DNA of 61,328 bases from Rickettsiales bacterium (GCA_020054695.1 JAHXBT010000014.1:1-61328), one strand, 5' to 3'; positions 21,287-33,398 are shown, counted from the first letter of the stretch. Numbers and translations are program-made. The notes: a model not told the origin generated them from the sequence alone.

Positions 21287-22351
21287 ATGACATTTAACTC
21301 TTCAGATAATCTTAGGACAACACCATGTGCAAAAATAGATACCATTACTCTTGATAAGAATCAAATATTAGTTTATCAAGAGCTTCAAGAGTTATCCAAA
21401 ATATGTAATAAAAAAAGAAATATTTTTAGTAGATTATTTTCTAATAAACCCAAAAATATATATATTCACGGCCAAGTTGGTCGTGGCAAATCAATGTTAA
21501 TGAATGAATTTTTTAATTCTATTAAACAACAGAAGAAGTATTTTCATTTCAATGATTTTATGCAAAATATACATAAGGAATTGCATAATATTAGATCTAA
21601 TTCCACTAAGAAAGAAGATATATTGTCAGTTGTTATTGATAATATATTGGGAGATATTAGTGCACTATGTTTAGATGAATTTCAGGTGCATGATGTAGTT
21701 GATGCCATGATTTTAAGTGATGTTTTTAGATATATTTTTCAGAAAAACATAATTACTATTTTTACTTCTAACGCCTACCCATTAGATTTCTATAAAAATG
21801 GGTTACAAACAGAGTATTTTCTAAAATTTCTAAAAAATATGTTAGTTAAAGAATGTAAAATATTACATTTAGATGGTAAAAAGGACTATAGATCTTTAAA
21901 TACTAAACTTGATAGTTATTTTTTATATCCAATTAACAAGTCTAATCGGGAATTATTTGATGCTATTTTAGAAAAATATTTATCTGGATCTAATATGAAA
22001 ATTTGGGAAAAGGATATATCAGGTAGAAAATTGATAATTAAAAATAGCTCTGAAAATATTATCTTAATTGATTTTGTGGAGATATTTTCTGACAATTTAG
22101 GTGTAGTAGATTTTATGGAAATTTGCAAAAATTTTAACATTATTTTTATTAAGAACATGCCAGAATTAAATAATAATTTTAATAATGAGGCTAAAAGATT
22201 TATTCTTTTTATTGATGAGGCTTACGAAAATAATGTAAAATTAATTATTTTATCACAAAATTCGATTGATAAAATATATCATAATGGTTTATTATTTGAT
22301 TTGTTCCAACGGGCTGCGTCAAGATTAAAACAGCTCACAAATAAAAGATAA
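21287..22351 (+). CDS. zapE: AFG1-like ATPase ZapE
   Basis: 354 aa. Walker A GQVGRGKS and Walker B LCLDEFQV. Confidence 0.8.
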   Translation: MTFNSSDNLRTTPCAKIDTITLDKNQILVYQELQELSKICNKKRNIFSRLFSNKPKNIYIHGQVGRGKSMLMNEFFNSIKQQKKYFHFNDFMQNIHKELHNIRSNSTKKEDILSVVIDNILGDISALCLDEFQVHDVVDAMILSDVFRYIFQKNIITIFTSNAYPLDFYKNGLQTEYFLKFLKNMLVKECKILHLDGKKDYRSLNTKLDSYFLYPINKSNRELFDAILEKYLSGSNMKIWEKDISGRKLIIKNSSENIILIDFVEIFSDNLGVVDFMEICKNFNIIFIKNMPELNNNFNNEAKRFILFIDEAYENNVKLIILSQNSIDKIYHNGLLFDLFQRAASRLKQLTNKR

Positions 22352-22352
22352 T

Positions 22353-23612
22353 ATGCAACAAATAATTTTAATATTATTGTTTTTTCTAGCTTCTTGTAAA
22401 ACACCAGATCTTATCGAGATAAAAGATTCTAAATCTCAGATGGAAATTGACAGAATGTCTTTTGATGCTGACGATAGTGGGTTTTTAGACGCAATATTTA
22501 AAAGAAAAACAAAGGTTGCTATATTATTACCACTAACAGGAAAGTATAGTAATATTGGTTCTGAATTACTAAATGCTGCTCATTTATCATTATATGAAAA
22601 TGATCCTAAAAAAAGGATAGAATTGGTAATTTTTGATAGCAATGGTACAGAGTTTGGAACAAGAAAGGCAATTAGAGAAATAATTAGTCAGGATATAAAA
22701 ATCATTATTGGTCCATTGTTTAGTACAGCTACGGAATCTGCAATAGACATAGTATCAAAGAAAGATGTAATATTGTTATCCTTGTCTAATAACGATAATT
22801 TGATAAATAAGAAAAATATTTTTGTCACTGGAGTTGCAATTGACCAGCAAATTGAAAGATTAGTAGATTATAGCATGGATAATGGTATAAATAGTTTTTC
22901 TATCTTGGCGCCAAATAGTTCTTACGGTTTAAAAGTTGCAAATTCCATTAGAAATACTACGCAAGTAAAGGATGGATATTTCATAGCTAGTAGTTTTTAC
23001 ACTAATAAGGAGCAAATTGATAAATCTGTAAACAAGATTCTGAATTCTTATTCCATCTCCCAGAGTGCTTATGAAGATTTAAGCGAAGAAGACAAAGTTA
23101 AGTCTATAGCTGAAATACCTGTTTATGAGGAGGATAAAATTTATTCCGATGCTATATTAATAGCAGATTCAGGTGACAATTTAGATCTTATTCTAAAATC
23201 CATAAAAAAAAATAACATAAATCAAAGAAAAATACAGATTCTAGGTTTAAAAGAGTGGGATAAAGCTTCTACTATTTACAACCCTCATGCTGGAGGATCT
23301 TGGGTTAGCTCTTCAAATCCACAAATTTATCAACAATATGAATATTTGTATTACGATAATTTTAAGAAGATTCCTAATAGGGTAACCAGCGTTATTTATG
23401 ACATGATTAGTGCGGTTAGCAATTTATCATACAATAACAGTGATATAGAATTTGAGGATTTTATCTTAAATAAATCAGGTTTTGAAGGGGTAGATGGTAG
23501 TTTTAGATTTTTAGAAAATGGCCTAGTTCAAAGAAACTTCTCCATTTTAACAGTTGGCAGTAATCGCTTTAAGGTGATAGATGCAGATAGTAGATTTTTT
23601 TTAGAATATTAA
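22353..23612 (+). CDS. LppC/LpoA-like lipoprotein (type-I periplasmic-binding fold)
   Basis: 419 aa. Lipobox FLASC and PBP1-like architecture. Confidence 0.5.
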   Translation: MQQIILILLFFLASCKTPDLIEIKDSKSQMEIDRMSFDADDSGFLDAIFKRKTKVAILLPLTGKYSNIGSELLNAAHLSLYENDPKKRIELVIFDSNGTEFGTRKAIREIISQDIKIIIGPLFSTATESAIDIVSKKDVILLSLSNNDNLINKKNIFVTGVAIDQQIERLVDYSMDNGINSFSILAPNSSYGLKVANSIRNTTQVKDGYFIASSFYTNKEQIDKSVNKILNSYSISQSAYEDLSEEDKVKSIAEIPVYEEDKIYSDAILIADSGDNLDLILKSIKKNNINQRKIQILGLKEWDKASTIYNPHAGGSWVSSSNPQIYQQYEYLYYDNFKKIPNRVTSVIYDMISAVSNLSYNNSDIEFEDFILNKSGFEGVDGSFRFLENGLVQRNFSILTVGSNRFKVIDADSRFFLEY

Positions 23613-23622
23613 ATTAATTATT

Positions 23623-24291
23623 TTGCTTCAGACAATAATTACTAACTATGCCAGAAAAAATCATAATTTTAAAATTATGATTTTTTCTGGTTGGGGTCAA
23701 AAATCTGATGTTATTAATATATCTTCCGTAAGTAGTAATAACATAGAATATATTGACTACCTATCCTTTCCTTCTATTGGCTTAGTTGCAGACATAGTAA
23801 AAGATAAAAATCCAGATATAATAATTGGTTGGAGTCTTGGGGGGCAAATTGCAATAAATTGCATCTTAAAAGAATTAATAACAACAAAATTATTAATATT
23901 GTTGGGGGTACCATTCCAATTTTTGTCACAAAATTCTTATCAAATAGGTATAAATAATAAAATTTATCAAGCTTTTTGTAATGATTTATTTAAAAACCCT
24001 AAAAATTTATTAAAAAAATTTCACCTCATGATGATACAGGGTGATAAAAGATTTTCAGACCTAAAAAATAAAACATTTTATAGCCAAAATTTTAATAATT
24101 TACAATATTGGCTTGATTATTTAGTTAGTTTTTCGGGTTTTGATATAAATTTTAATAATTTATGCCAAACAGAATTAATTTATGGTAAAAATGATAATAT
24201 TGTAAATTGCAGGCAAGGTAAATTATTTCATAAATACATTCCCAATTCTAACCTTAGCATTATAGATAATTATTCTCACATTTTATTTTAA
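23623..24291 (+). CDS. Small alpha/beta hydrolase, BioH/BioG-like carboxylesterase
   Basis: 222 aa with a TTG start in the track. FSGWG and nucleophile-elbow GWSLGG motifs. Confidence 0.5.
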   Translation: MLQTIITNYARKNHNFKIMIFSGWGQKSDVINISSVSSNNIEYIDYLSFPSIGLVADIVKDKNPDIIIGWSLGGQIAINCILKELITTKLLILLGVPFQFLSQNSYQIGINNKIYQAFCNDLFKNPKNLLKKFHLMMIQGDKRFSDLKNKTFYSQNFNNLQYWLDYLVSFSGFDINFNNLCQTELIYGKNDNIVNCRQGKLFHKYIPNSNLSIIDNYSHILF

Positions 24292-24497
24292 ATTAAAGTA
24301 GTACTACATCATTTTTACCTCTAAAATACTTTGTAATATTTTTCAATAAAACAGAAATATTTATTATTATAGCCATATTAATTAATATTTTTTGAATTAA
24401 TTCAAATAAATAATCTTTATTAAACGCTGATTTACAAGGCTTAACCATATTATATTAAATATTTCTAAAAAAATATTGAAAATAGAATAAATATTAG

Positions 24498-24526
24498 TTG
24501 ACTTAGTCGAAACGCATTATTATAAA
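24498..24526 (+). promoter_or_regulatory. Candidate sigma-70 rRNA promoter
   Basis: TTGACT, 17-nt spacer, TATAAA, then the G+C-rich discriminator CGTCG. An A/T-rich UP-like tract lies upstream. About 190 nt before the 23S 5' end. Confidence 0.55.
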
Positions 24527-25143
24527 CGTCGAACTACGCAGTTATTAGGTAAAAATAATTGCGAATGTTGTTTTAAAATCGTGAATAATTGACACATATG
24601 AATAATATATCAACTCTAACATTGATATATCAAATTCAATTTTAATTGCTGTTTAATTTAATTAGTAAATTAACAGACAGTTCGATAAATAATTAATTTT
24701 GTTCTGCATGTAAATTATACAAAGTATTAAAGAGCATTCGATGGATGCCTTGGCGTTAGCAGGCGATGAAGGACGTAACAGGCTGCGATAAGCCTCGGGT
24801 AGCTGCCAATAAGCTTTGATCCGAGGATTTCCGAATGGGGAAACCCACCTCTTTATGAGGTATCTCTAACTGAATACATAGGTTAGAGAAGCGAACCTGG
24901 TGAACTGAAATATCTAAGTAGCCAGAGGAAAAGACATCAACAGAGACTCCGTTAGTAGTGACGAGCGAACGCGGACTAGGCCAGTTTTGTTAGTATAAAA
25001 ACTAGAATAACCTGGAAAGGTTAGCCATAGTGGGTGATAGCCCCGTATAGGTAAAAAGTACTAGCAAACACGAGTAGGACGGGACACGAGAAATCTTGTC
25101 TGAATATGGGAGGACCATCTTCCAAGCCTAAGTACTCGCTAGC

Positions 25144-25189
<46 letters not shown>

Positions 25190-25242
25190 GATAAGGGGAG
25201 TGAAATAGAACCTGAAATCGAATGCTTACAAGCAGTCAGAGC

Positions 25243-25384
25243 GAAAATACTCTTTTAAAATTATGTTTAGTAATTCTTTAATTTCTAAAACTATAGTTTA
25301 ATTTTGGGCTATAAATTCCAATTTAAGGCTATAATTTCTAGAAATATTCAGAAAAAACTTTTGTAACTTTAAATGAGTATTTTT
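25243..25384 (+). other. Intervening sequence replacing 23S helix 25
   Basis: About 140 nt of AT-rich insert lies between the conserved CAAGCAGTCAGAGC and GTGATGGCGTACCTTTTG. The basal stem is GAAAATACTC / GAGTATTTTT. Confidence 0.8.
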
Positions 25385-25885
25385 GTGATGGCGTACCTTT
25401 TGTATAATGGGTCAGCGACTTAGTCTGTCATGCAAGCTTAAGCCAATATAGGTGTAGGCGTAGCGAAAGCGAGTCTTAACAGGGCGTTTAGTATGGCGGA
25501 TTAGACCCGAAACCGGATGATCTAGTTATGGCCAGGTTGAAGGTGAGGTAACACTCACTGGAGGACCGAACACACTAATGTTGAAAAATTAGGTGATGAG
25601 CTGTGACTAGGGGTGAAAGGCCAATCAAATCCGGATATAGCTGGTTCTCCACGAAATCTATTTAGGTAGAGCGTCGCATGTTTACCTTCGGGGGTAGAGC
25701 ACTGTATAGGCTAGGGGGTCCAAAAGACTTACCAAACCTTAACAAACTCCGAATACCGAAGAGTATAGTGCGGCAGTCAGACAGCGGGTGCTAAGGTCCG
25801 TTGTCGAAAGGGAAACAGCCCAGACCGTCGTCTAAGGTCCCAAAATTATTGCTAAGTGGTAAAGGAAGTAATTAGACCAAAACAA

Positions 25886-25943
<58 letters not shown>

Positions 25944-26006
25944 TAAATAAGTCTTTTTGCGCCGAAAATGTAACGGGGCTCAAGCAATATACCGAAGACA
26001 CGGATT

Positions 26007-26124
26007 CGTAGATCAAATTTATTTAAATTTAAACCAAAATTATGATTAAAATAAATATTATATTTTTATTATTAATTCTTAGTTTATGTATTTATACTAA
26101 AATTTAAATAGGTTTTGATCTACG
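26007..26124 (+). other. Intervening sequence in 23S helix 45
   Basis: About 118 nt of AT-rich insert lies between ACCGAAGACACGGATT and AGTGGTAGTGGAGCGTT. The basal stem is a perfect 11 bp, CGTAGATCAAA / TTTGATCTACG. Confidence 0.8.
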
Positions 26125-26703
26125 AGTGGTAGTGGAGCGTTGTGTAAGTCTGTGAAGGTGAATTGTGAGATTTGCTGGAGATATCACAAGTGAGAATGCT
26201 GACATGAGTAACGATAAAGCAGGTGAGAAACCTGCTCGCCGAAAATCTAAGGTTTCCTTCGTTAAGCTAATCTTCGAAGGGTTAGTCGGTACCTAAGGCG
26301 AGGCCGAAAGGCGTAGTCGATGGAAATCAGGTTAATATTCCTGAACCAGTGGGTGAGTGACGAATTCTAATATCTTGTATTTCCTTATTGGATTGGAAAT
26401 GCGGGGTTTAGAGTTCCAGGAAATAGCCCCCACATTAGGCCGTACCAAAACCAACACAGGTAGATGGGTTGAGAATACTAAGGCGCTTGAGAGAACTGTA
26501 CTGAAGGAACTAGGCAAATTGCATCCGTAACTTTGGAAGAAGGATGGCCTGCTATTGGGCAACCAATGGTAGGTGGCACAGAAATGGGGGTAGCGACTGT
26601 TTATCTAAAACATAGGGCTCTGCTAAATCGTAAAGATGATGTATAGGGTCTGACGCCTGCCCGGTGCTGGAAGGTTAATTGATGGGGTGCAAGCTCCTGA
26701 TCG

Positions 26704-26785
<82 letters not shown>

Positions 26786-26865
26786 TGGCGTAACGACTTC
26801 CCCACTGTCTCCAGTACAGACTCAGTGAAATTGAATTTGCCGTTAAGATGCGGTATTCCTACGGT

Positions 26866-26897
<32 letters not shown>

Positions 26898-27051
26898 GCT
26901 TTGCATTGAGTTTAGAATTAAAATGTGTAGGATAGGTGGGAGACTTTGAAGCTGATTCGTCAGGATCAGTGGAGTCATCCTTGAAATACCACCCTTTTTA
27001 ATTTTAAATTCTAACCATAACATCTTAACGATGTTTGGGACATTGTATGGT

Positions 27052-27098
<47 letters not shown>

Positions 27099-27221
27099 GC
27101 AATGGTAAGCTCAAACTGGTCGGAAACCAGTTGTAGAGTGTAATGGCACAAGCTTGCCTGACTGCGAGACATACAAGTCGAGCAGAGACGAAAGTCGGTC
27201 ATAGTGATCCGGTGGTTCTGC

Positions 27222-27275
<54 letters not shown>

Positions 27276-27324
27276 GATTCCCAAGAGTTCATATCGACGG
27301 AATCGTTTGGCACCTCGATGTCGA

Positions 27325-27393
<69 letters not shown>

Positions 27394-27394
27394 T

Positions 27395-27431
<37 letters not shown>

Positions 27432-27549
27432 TGCCGTAGGTGTTTGGAAAATTGAGAGGAGCTGACCCTAGTACGAGAGGACCGGGTTGGACGTACCAAT
27501 GGTGTTCCAGTTGTTCCGCCAGGAGCATCGCTGGGTAGCTAAGTACGGA

Positions 27550-27585
<36 letters not shown>

Positions 27586-27927
27586 CCCTCAAAACTAGTT
27601 TTCCCCATTAGGGTCGTGGTAGACTACCACGTTGATAGGCTGGGTGTGTAAGCATAGCAATATGTTAAGCTAACCAGTACTAATAACCCGATTGACTTTG
27701 TATGCATGATTTACATGCAGTATAAAATTAATTATTATATGTAAACTCACTTTCAAAAACTTTAGTTTTTGTAATACAAGTGAATCAAAATTTCATAAAA
27801 TTTTGATTGAGTCTTATCAACTATTATCTTAAAGTTTTTTTAAATAATAGTTGATATTATATCTCAATATTCATTATATTGTGTCAATTATCGCGATGAT
27901 CCTATTTTATGATGGGTAATATTTTTT

Positions 27928-28044
27928 GGCTTGATGATCATAGCGTCATGGAACCACTCGATACATTCCGAACTCGCAAGTGAAACTTGAGTTGCGCCGA
28001 TGGTACTTGGTTTTTTAGCCTGGGAGAGTAGGTTATCATCAAGC
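27928..28044 (+). rRNA. rrf: 5S ribosomal RNA
   Basis: GGCTTGATGATCATAGCG...CCGAACTC...GGGAGAGTAGGTTATCATCAAGC with complementary termini. About 223 nt downstream of the 23S. Confidence 0.9.
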
Positions 28045-28756
28045 TTATAAATATTATCCATCTATCTTTCCTTTAAAATATATCATTAGTCCTTTTCTAC
28101 CTCCAAAAAATACTGCATATTAAGAACTTATGGATATAGGCGTGGTTCAAATATATAATAAGTAATTAAATATTATTTCAGTTCTAGGATTAAAACTGTA
28201 CAATAATTACTAAGGTGACTTTAATATAACACAAAGCTTTCTATTTAAAATCCTATGACATTATTTATTATATTAATTTGAATAATTTTTTATTTACATC
28301 CTAATTGTCAAATATTTATTGAAAAATATAAGTGTAAAACTATTTTCTTCTTGATATATATATACATAATAATTATTACATTAAACTAATCAATATTATC
28401 TACGCATTCAATATATTGCGTATATTATAATCCAGACAACAAGAATCCTTTAAATTGTTTTAAAATTATAGATAAGATATTAGCATGTCATAACAAACAG
28501 TTAACTATTTTATATATCATTTTTCTATTTTTTTTACAAATTGGAGTTATAAAAAATTTTTAGTTGTACGATACTATATAAATATAAGAATTACTTGTTT
28601 GGTTTTATTATATTTAATTTATTTTTTAGTAAAAACTATTATACTATAATATATTGCAATATAATTAGATTATTTAGTAATATTATAAAGTTATAAGTTT
28701 AATTTTAGATACAGCAACTAGTTATATATTTGATGTTAGTTATTTATATTTAAAAT

Positions 28757-29608
28757 TTATGATAATAGTAACCTCTCTAGCTCCTCAATATTTTTCTGAT
28801 TAATTTTTTTTTGTCCAAACCACAATTCAAAACCTACTAGGCCTTGAAAGATTAACATACCAATACCAGTGACAGTTCGTAAATTAAGATATTTTGCTTG
28901 CTGTAAAAGAGGAGTGATCAGTGGTTTATAAACAATATCCGAAATTATAGCTGTTTTGGGTAAATGTTTGAGATTAATATCTAAAATAGGATTATTTACC
29001 ATACCAAGACATGTAGAATTAATTAATAAATCACAATTTTGTAGGTTATTATTAATTTCAGACAATGATTTTGTTGCTAGAGCAATTTTTGGGTTAATTT
29101 TTGTTAAAACTTTTGTTAAATTCTCAGCTTTTTCAACACTTCTGTTAAAAATGGTAATTTTTCTGATATCTTTATTAATTAAAGCATAAGAAATAGCTTT
29201 AGCAGAACCTCCGGCGCCAGTTAGAGCTATTTCCTTATTTTTAAAGTTAAAATCTGGATAAGTATTTTGTATATTTTTAATAAAACCAATACTATCAGAA
29301 TTATGACCAAATATTTTACCGTCTTGCATAATTAAAATAGTATTTACAGCGCCAATTTCTTTTGCTGAGTTACTTAATTTGTCACAAATTTTTAAGGCAT
29401 TTTCTTTAAAAGGAATAGTAATATTAAAACCCCTAAAGCCAATTTTTATTAAATCTCTAAGTATCTGTTCAAAATTATTCTCCTCAACTTTTAAAGAAGT
29501 GTAAAAACCATTAATTGCATAATTTTGTAGCAAGAAATTATGCATTTTAGGTGATAGAGATTGTGAGATTGGATTGCCAATTACCGCAATTTGTGCTAAT
29601 TGAGTCAT
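28757..29608 (-). CDS. aroE: Shikimate dehydrogenase
   Basis: 283 aa. SLSPKMHN and GAGGSAKA motifs. Confidence 0.85.
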   Translation of the reverse strand: MTQLAQIAVIGNPISQSLSPKMHNFLLQNYAINGFYTSLKVEENNFEQILRDLIKIGFRGFNITIPFKENALKICDKLSNSAKEIGAVNTILIMQDGKIFGHNSDSIGFIKNIQNTYPDFNFKNKEIALTGAGGSAKAISYALINKDIRKITIFNRSVEKAENLTKVLTKINPKIALATKSLSEINNNLQNCDLLINSTCLGMVNNPILDINLKHLPKTAIISDIVYKPLITPLLQQAKYLNLRTVTGIGMLIFQGLVGFELWFGQKKINQKNIEELERLLLS

Positions 29609-29728
29609 TACTATTTTTTCACTTGAAAATTACTTCCATATAAACCAATATTATAGTAACTCCTCAAAAATTTCAATTTTTAGTTTTTTAGAAGTTACTA
29701 TAATTTAATAATCAAAAATTAAAATTAA

Positions 29729-31147
<1,419 letters not shown>

Positions 31148-31364
31148 AATACGCTAGAAGGTAAAAGAAGTGGTCAATTAGAACAAATTCTAAAGATTTG
31201 CAGGAAAATCTTATAATCACCCTAAAAAAAGTGATTATTTAGTGCAGACATCTTCAGATAGAGATATAAATTGTGATCTTAAACACCCATTACCATGGAG
31301 AATAATTTGCAATATTGAATCAGATAAAAATTCTTCAGGTGCAAGTTAAACCGCAAGATAATAT

Positions 31365-31619
31365 ATGATTATGAATAATTTAGAAATTAAAATAGTAGCC
31401 CCACAGGGGATCTTATATGAAGGTCATAATTATATGGCTATAATACCCACAATTTCAGGAGAAATTGGCGTTATGGCTAATCACGAATCTTTGGCCACTT
31501 CTCTTACTAAAGGTAAAATTAAAATTCTTGATCAATCAGAAAAAATTATTGAGTCGATTGAGGTCAAGGATGGTTTTGTTGAAATTAAGGATCGTAATTT
31601 ATTGATCTTAACTGATTAG
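31365..31619 (+). CDS. atpC: ATP synthase F1 epsilon subunit, N-terminal beta-sandwich only
   Basis: 84 aa. Epsilon-like N-terminal pattern (IVAPQGILYEG..., GEIGVMANH). No C-terminal helical hairpin. Separated from atpD by about 217 nt. Confidence 0.7.
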   Translation: MIMNNLEIKIVAPQGILYEGHNYMAIIPTISGEIGVMANHESLATSLTKGKIKILDQSEKIIESIEVKDGFVEIKDRNLLILTD

Positions 31620-31721
31620 CTTTACAATATTGTATTATTGGTTATAAATAAGAATCCATATGTTGCTATTTTCCATTATGGTAATTATCATTTATAGCGC
31701 TATTAAACAAATTACTTAAAA

Positions 31722-33398
31722 TTGCTAAAATCCCTTTTTATTCAAAATATTGTTTTAATCGACAAAATTAACATAGATTTTGATGGGAGTTTTTGCGTTC
31801 TAACCGGAGAAACCGGCTCTGGTAAGTCTATTATTCTTGGTGCTCTTGGTCTGGCTATTGGTTATAGATCTAACATTAGACTTTTAAAAAAAAATCAAAG
31901 TCAGGCTTCAGTAATTGCTATTTTTGACATCACTAATAATATAAATTGTCAGAAATTTTTAGAAGAAAATGATCTTTTAGACCCTGACGACCCCAATAAT
32001 GTTATTTTAAAAAGAATTCTTAAAGAAAATGCTTCCAGTAAAGCTTTTATTAATGACACTCCCATTAGTAATAATCTTTTGTCTCAAATTGGTAAGTTGC
32101 TTGTGGAAATTCATGGTCAAAATGATCAAAGTTCTCTTTTAAATAGTAATTTTCATAGGCAAATTATTGATGATTATGCTAAGAATGAACAAATCTTGTC
32201 TAAAATTGCTATAAATTACGATCAATTAAAGTCAGTTCGATTGAGCATAGGGAAGCTTTATCAAAATCAGGAAAAAAACCGTGAAGAAAAGGAGTATTTA
32301 GAACATGTTATTGTTGAATTAGAAAGGTCTGCTATTGAAATAGGAGAAGAAGATATATTAGTAGATAAAAAAAATATTTTACAAAACAAAGAAAAAATTT
32401 CTGAGTTAATTAATGACTTATCCTTAGAAATTACCAATGCTAATAGCAATTTATTTATTGCACAGAAAAAATTATCTCGAAAAATGGAGATGTTAGATAG
32501 TTTTATCGCAGAAGAAAATCTTGTACAGGAGTTAGATCAAAATATTGAAGAATCTATTATCAAAAGTGATTTGGCTAAGGAGAATATTAATGAAATTTCT
32601 AAAATTATCAATCAAGATAATGAGTCTTTGGAAGAAATTGAAGAGAGATTGTTTTTGATTAGAGGGTTGGCGCGTAAATTAAATAAAAAACCTGATGAAT
32701 TACCGAAATATTTAGCAGAAATTAGAATTTCAGTAGAAAATTTAGGAAATATTAAGGTTGATTTGGATAATTTAGAGCTGGAAGAAAGAAGATTGTCAAT
32801 AGAATTTTTAGATATCGCTAAAAATTTACAAGAAAAAAGGAAATTAGCAGCTAAAAAACTAAGCACTACGATAGAAGGAGAATTAAAAGATTTACAGATG
32901 AATTCAGTTGAATTTTTAGTAAATTTTGAAGAATTATCAGAAGATAAATATAACAAATTTGGCATTGATAAAGTAAAATTTTTAGCTAAAATCAACAAAA
33001 ATGTTGATTTTGATGAAATTAGTAAAATTGCTTCTGGTGGTGAGCTTTCTCGTTTTATGTTAGCTATAAAAAAATCTTTGATGGAGGTTAAGTCAATTCC
33101 AACAATTATTTTTGATGAGATTGATTCTGGAGTAGGGGGATTGGTTGCTGCTAGGATTGGTAAAAAAATGAGTGATTTGGGGCAAAAATCTCAAATTATT
33201 GCTATTACACATCATGCTCAGGTGGCAGCTAAGTCCGATTTCCATTTAATGATTTCTAAAGACGATTCTGCAACTGAGAGCAAAACTTTAGTTAAAACTC
33301 TAAATGATCAAGAATCAGAAAATGAGATTGCTAGAATGCTTTCTGGTGAGGAAGTAACCAATGAAGCCATTGAGGCAGCTAGGAAATTAAAAGGATAA
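31722..33398 (+). CDS. recN: DNA repair protein RecN
   Basis: 558 aa with a TTG start. GETGSGKS Walker A, long coiled coil, and SGGELSR signature. Confidence 0.9.
   Translation: MLKSLFIQNIVLIDKINIDFDGSFCVLTGETGSGKSIILGALGLAIGYRSNIRLLKKNQSQASVIAIFDITNNINCQKFLEENDLLDPDDPNNVILKRILKENASSKAFINDTPISNNLLSQIGKLLVEIHGQNDQSSLLNSNFHRQIIDDYAKNEQILSKIAINYDQLKSVRLSIGKLYQNQEKNREEKEYLEHVIVELERSAIEIGEEDILVDKKNILQNKEKISELINDLSLEITNANSNLFIAQKKLSRKMEMLDSFIAEENLVQELDQNIEESIIKSDLAKENINEISKIINQDNESLEEIEERLFLIRGLARKLNKKPDELPKYLAEIRISVENLGNIKVDLDNLELEERRLSIEFLDIAKNLQEKRKLAAKKLSTTIEGELKDLQMNSVEFLVNFEELSEDKYNKFGIDKVKFLAKINKNVDFDEISKIASGGELSRFMLAIKKSLMEVKSIPTIIFDEIDSGVGGLVAARIGKKMSDLGQKSQIIAITHHAQVAAKSDFHLMISKDDSATESKTLVKTLNDQESENEIARMLSGEEVTNEAIEAARKLKG

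Noticed and set aside
24648-24661. Possible boxA antitermination element (TGCTGTTTAATTT) in the rRNA leader.
   Set aside because: It only partially matches the TGCTCTTTAACAA consensus in very AT-rich DNA, which is too weak to call.
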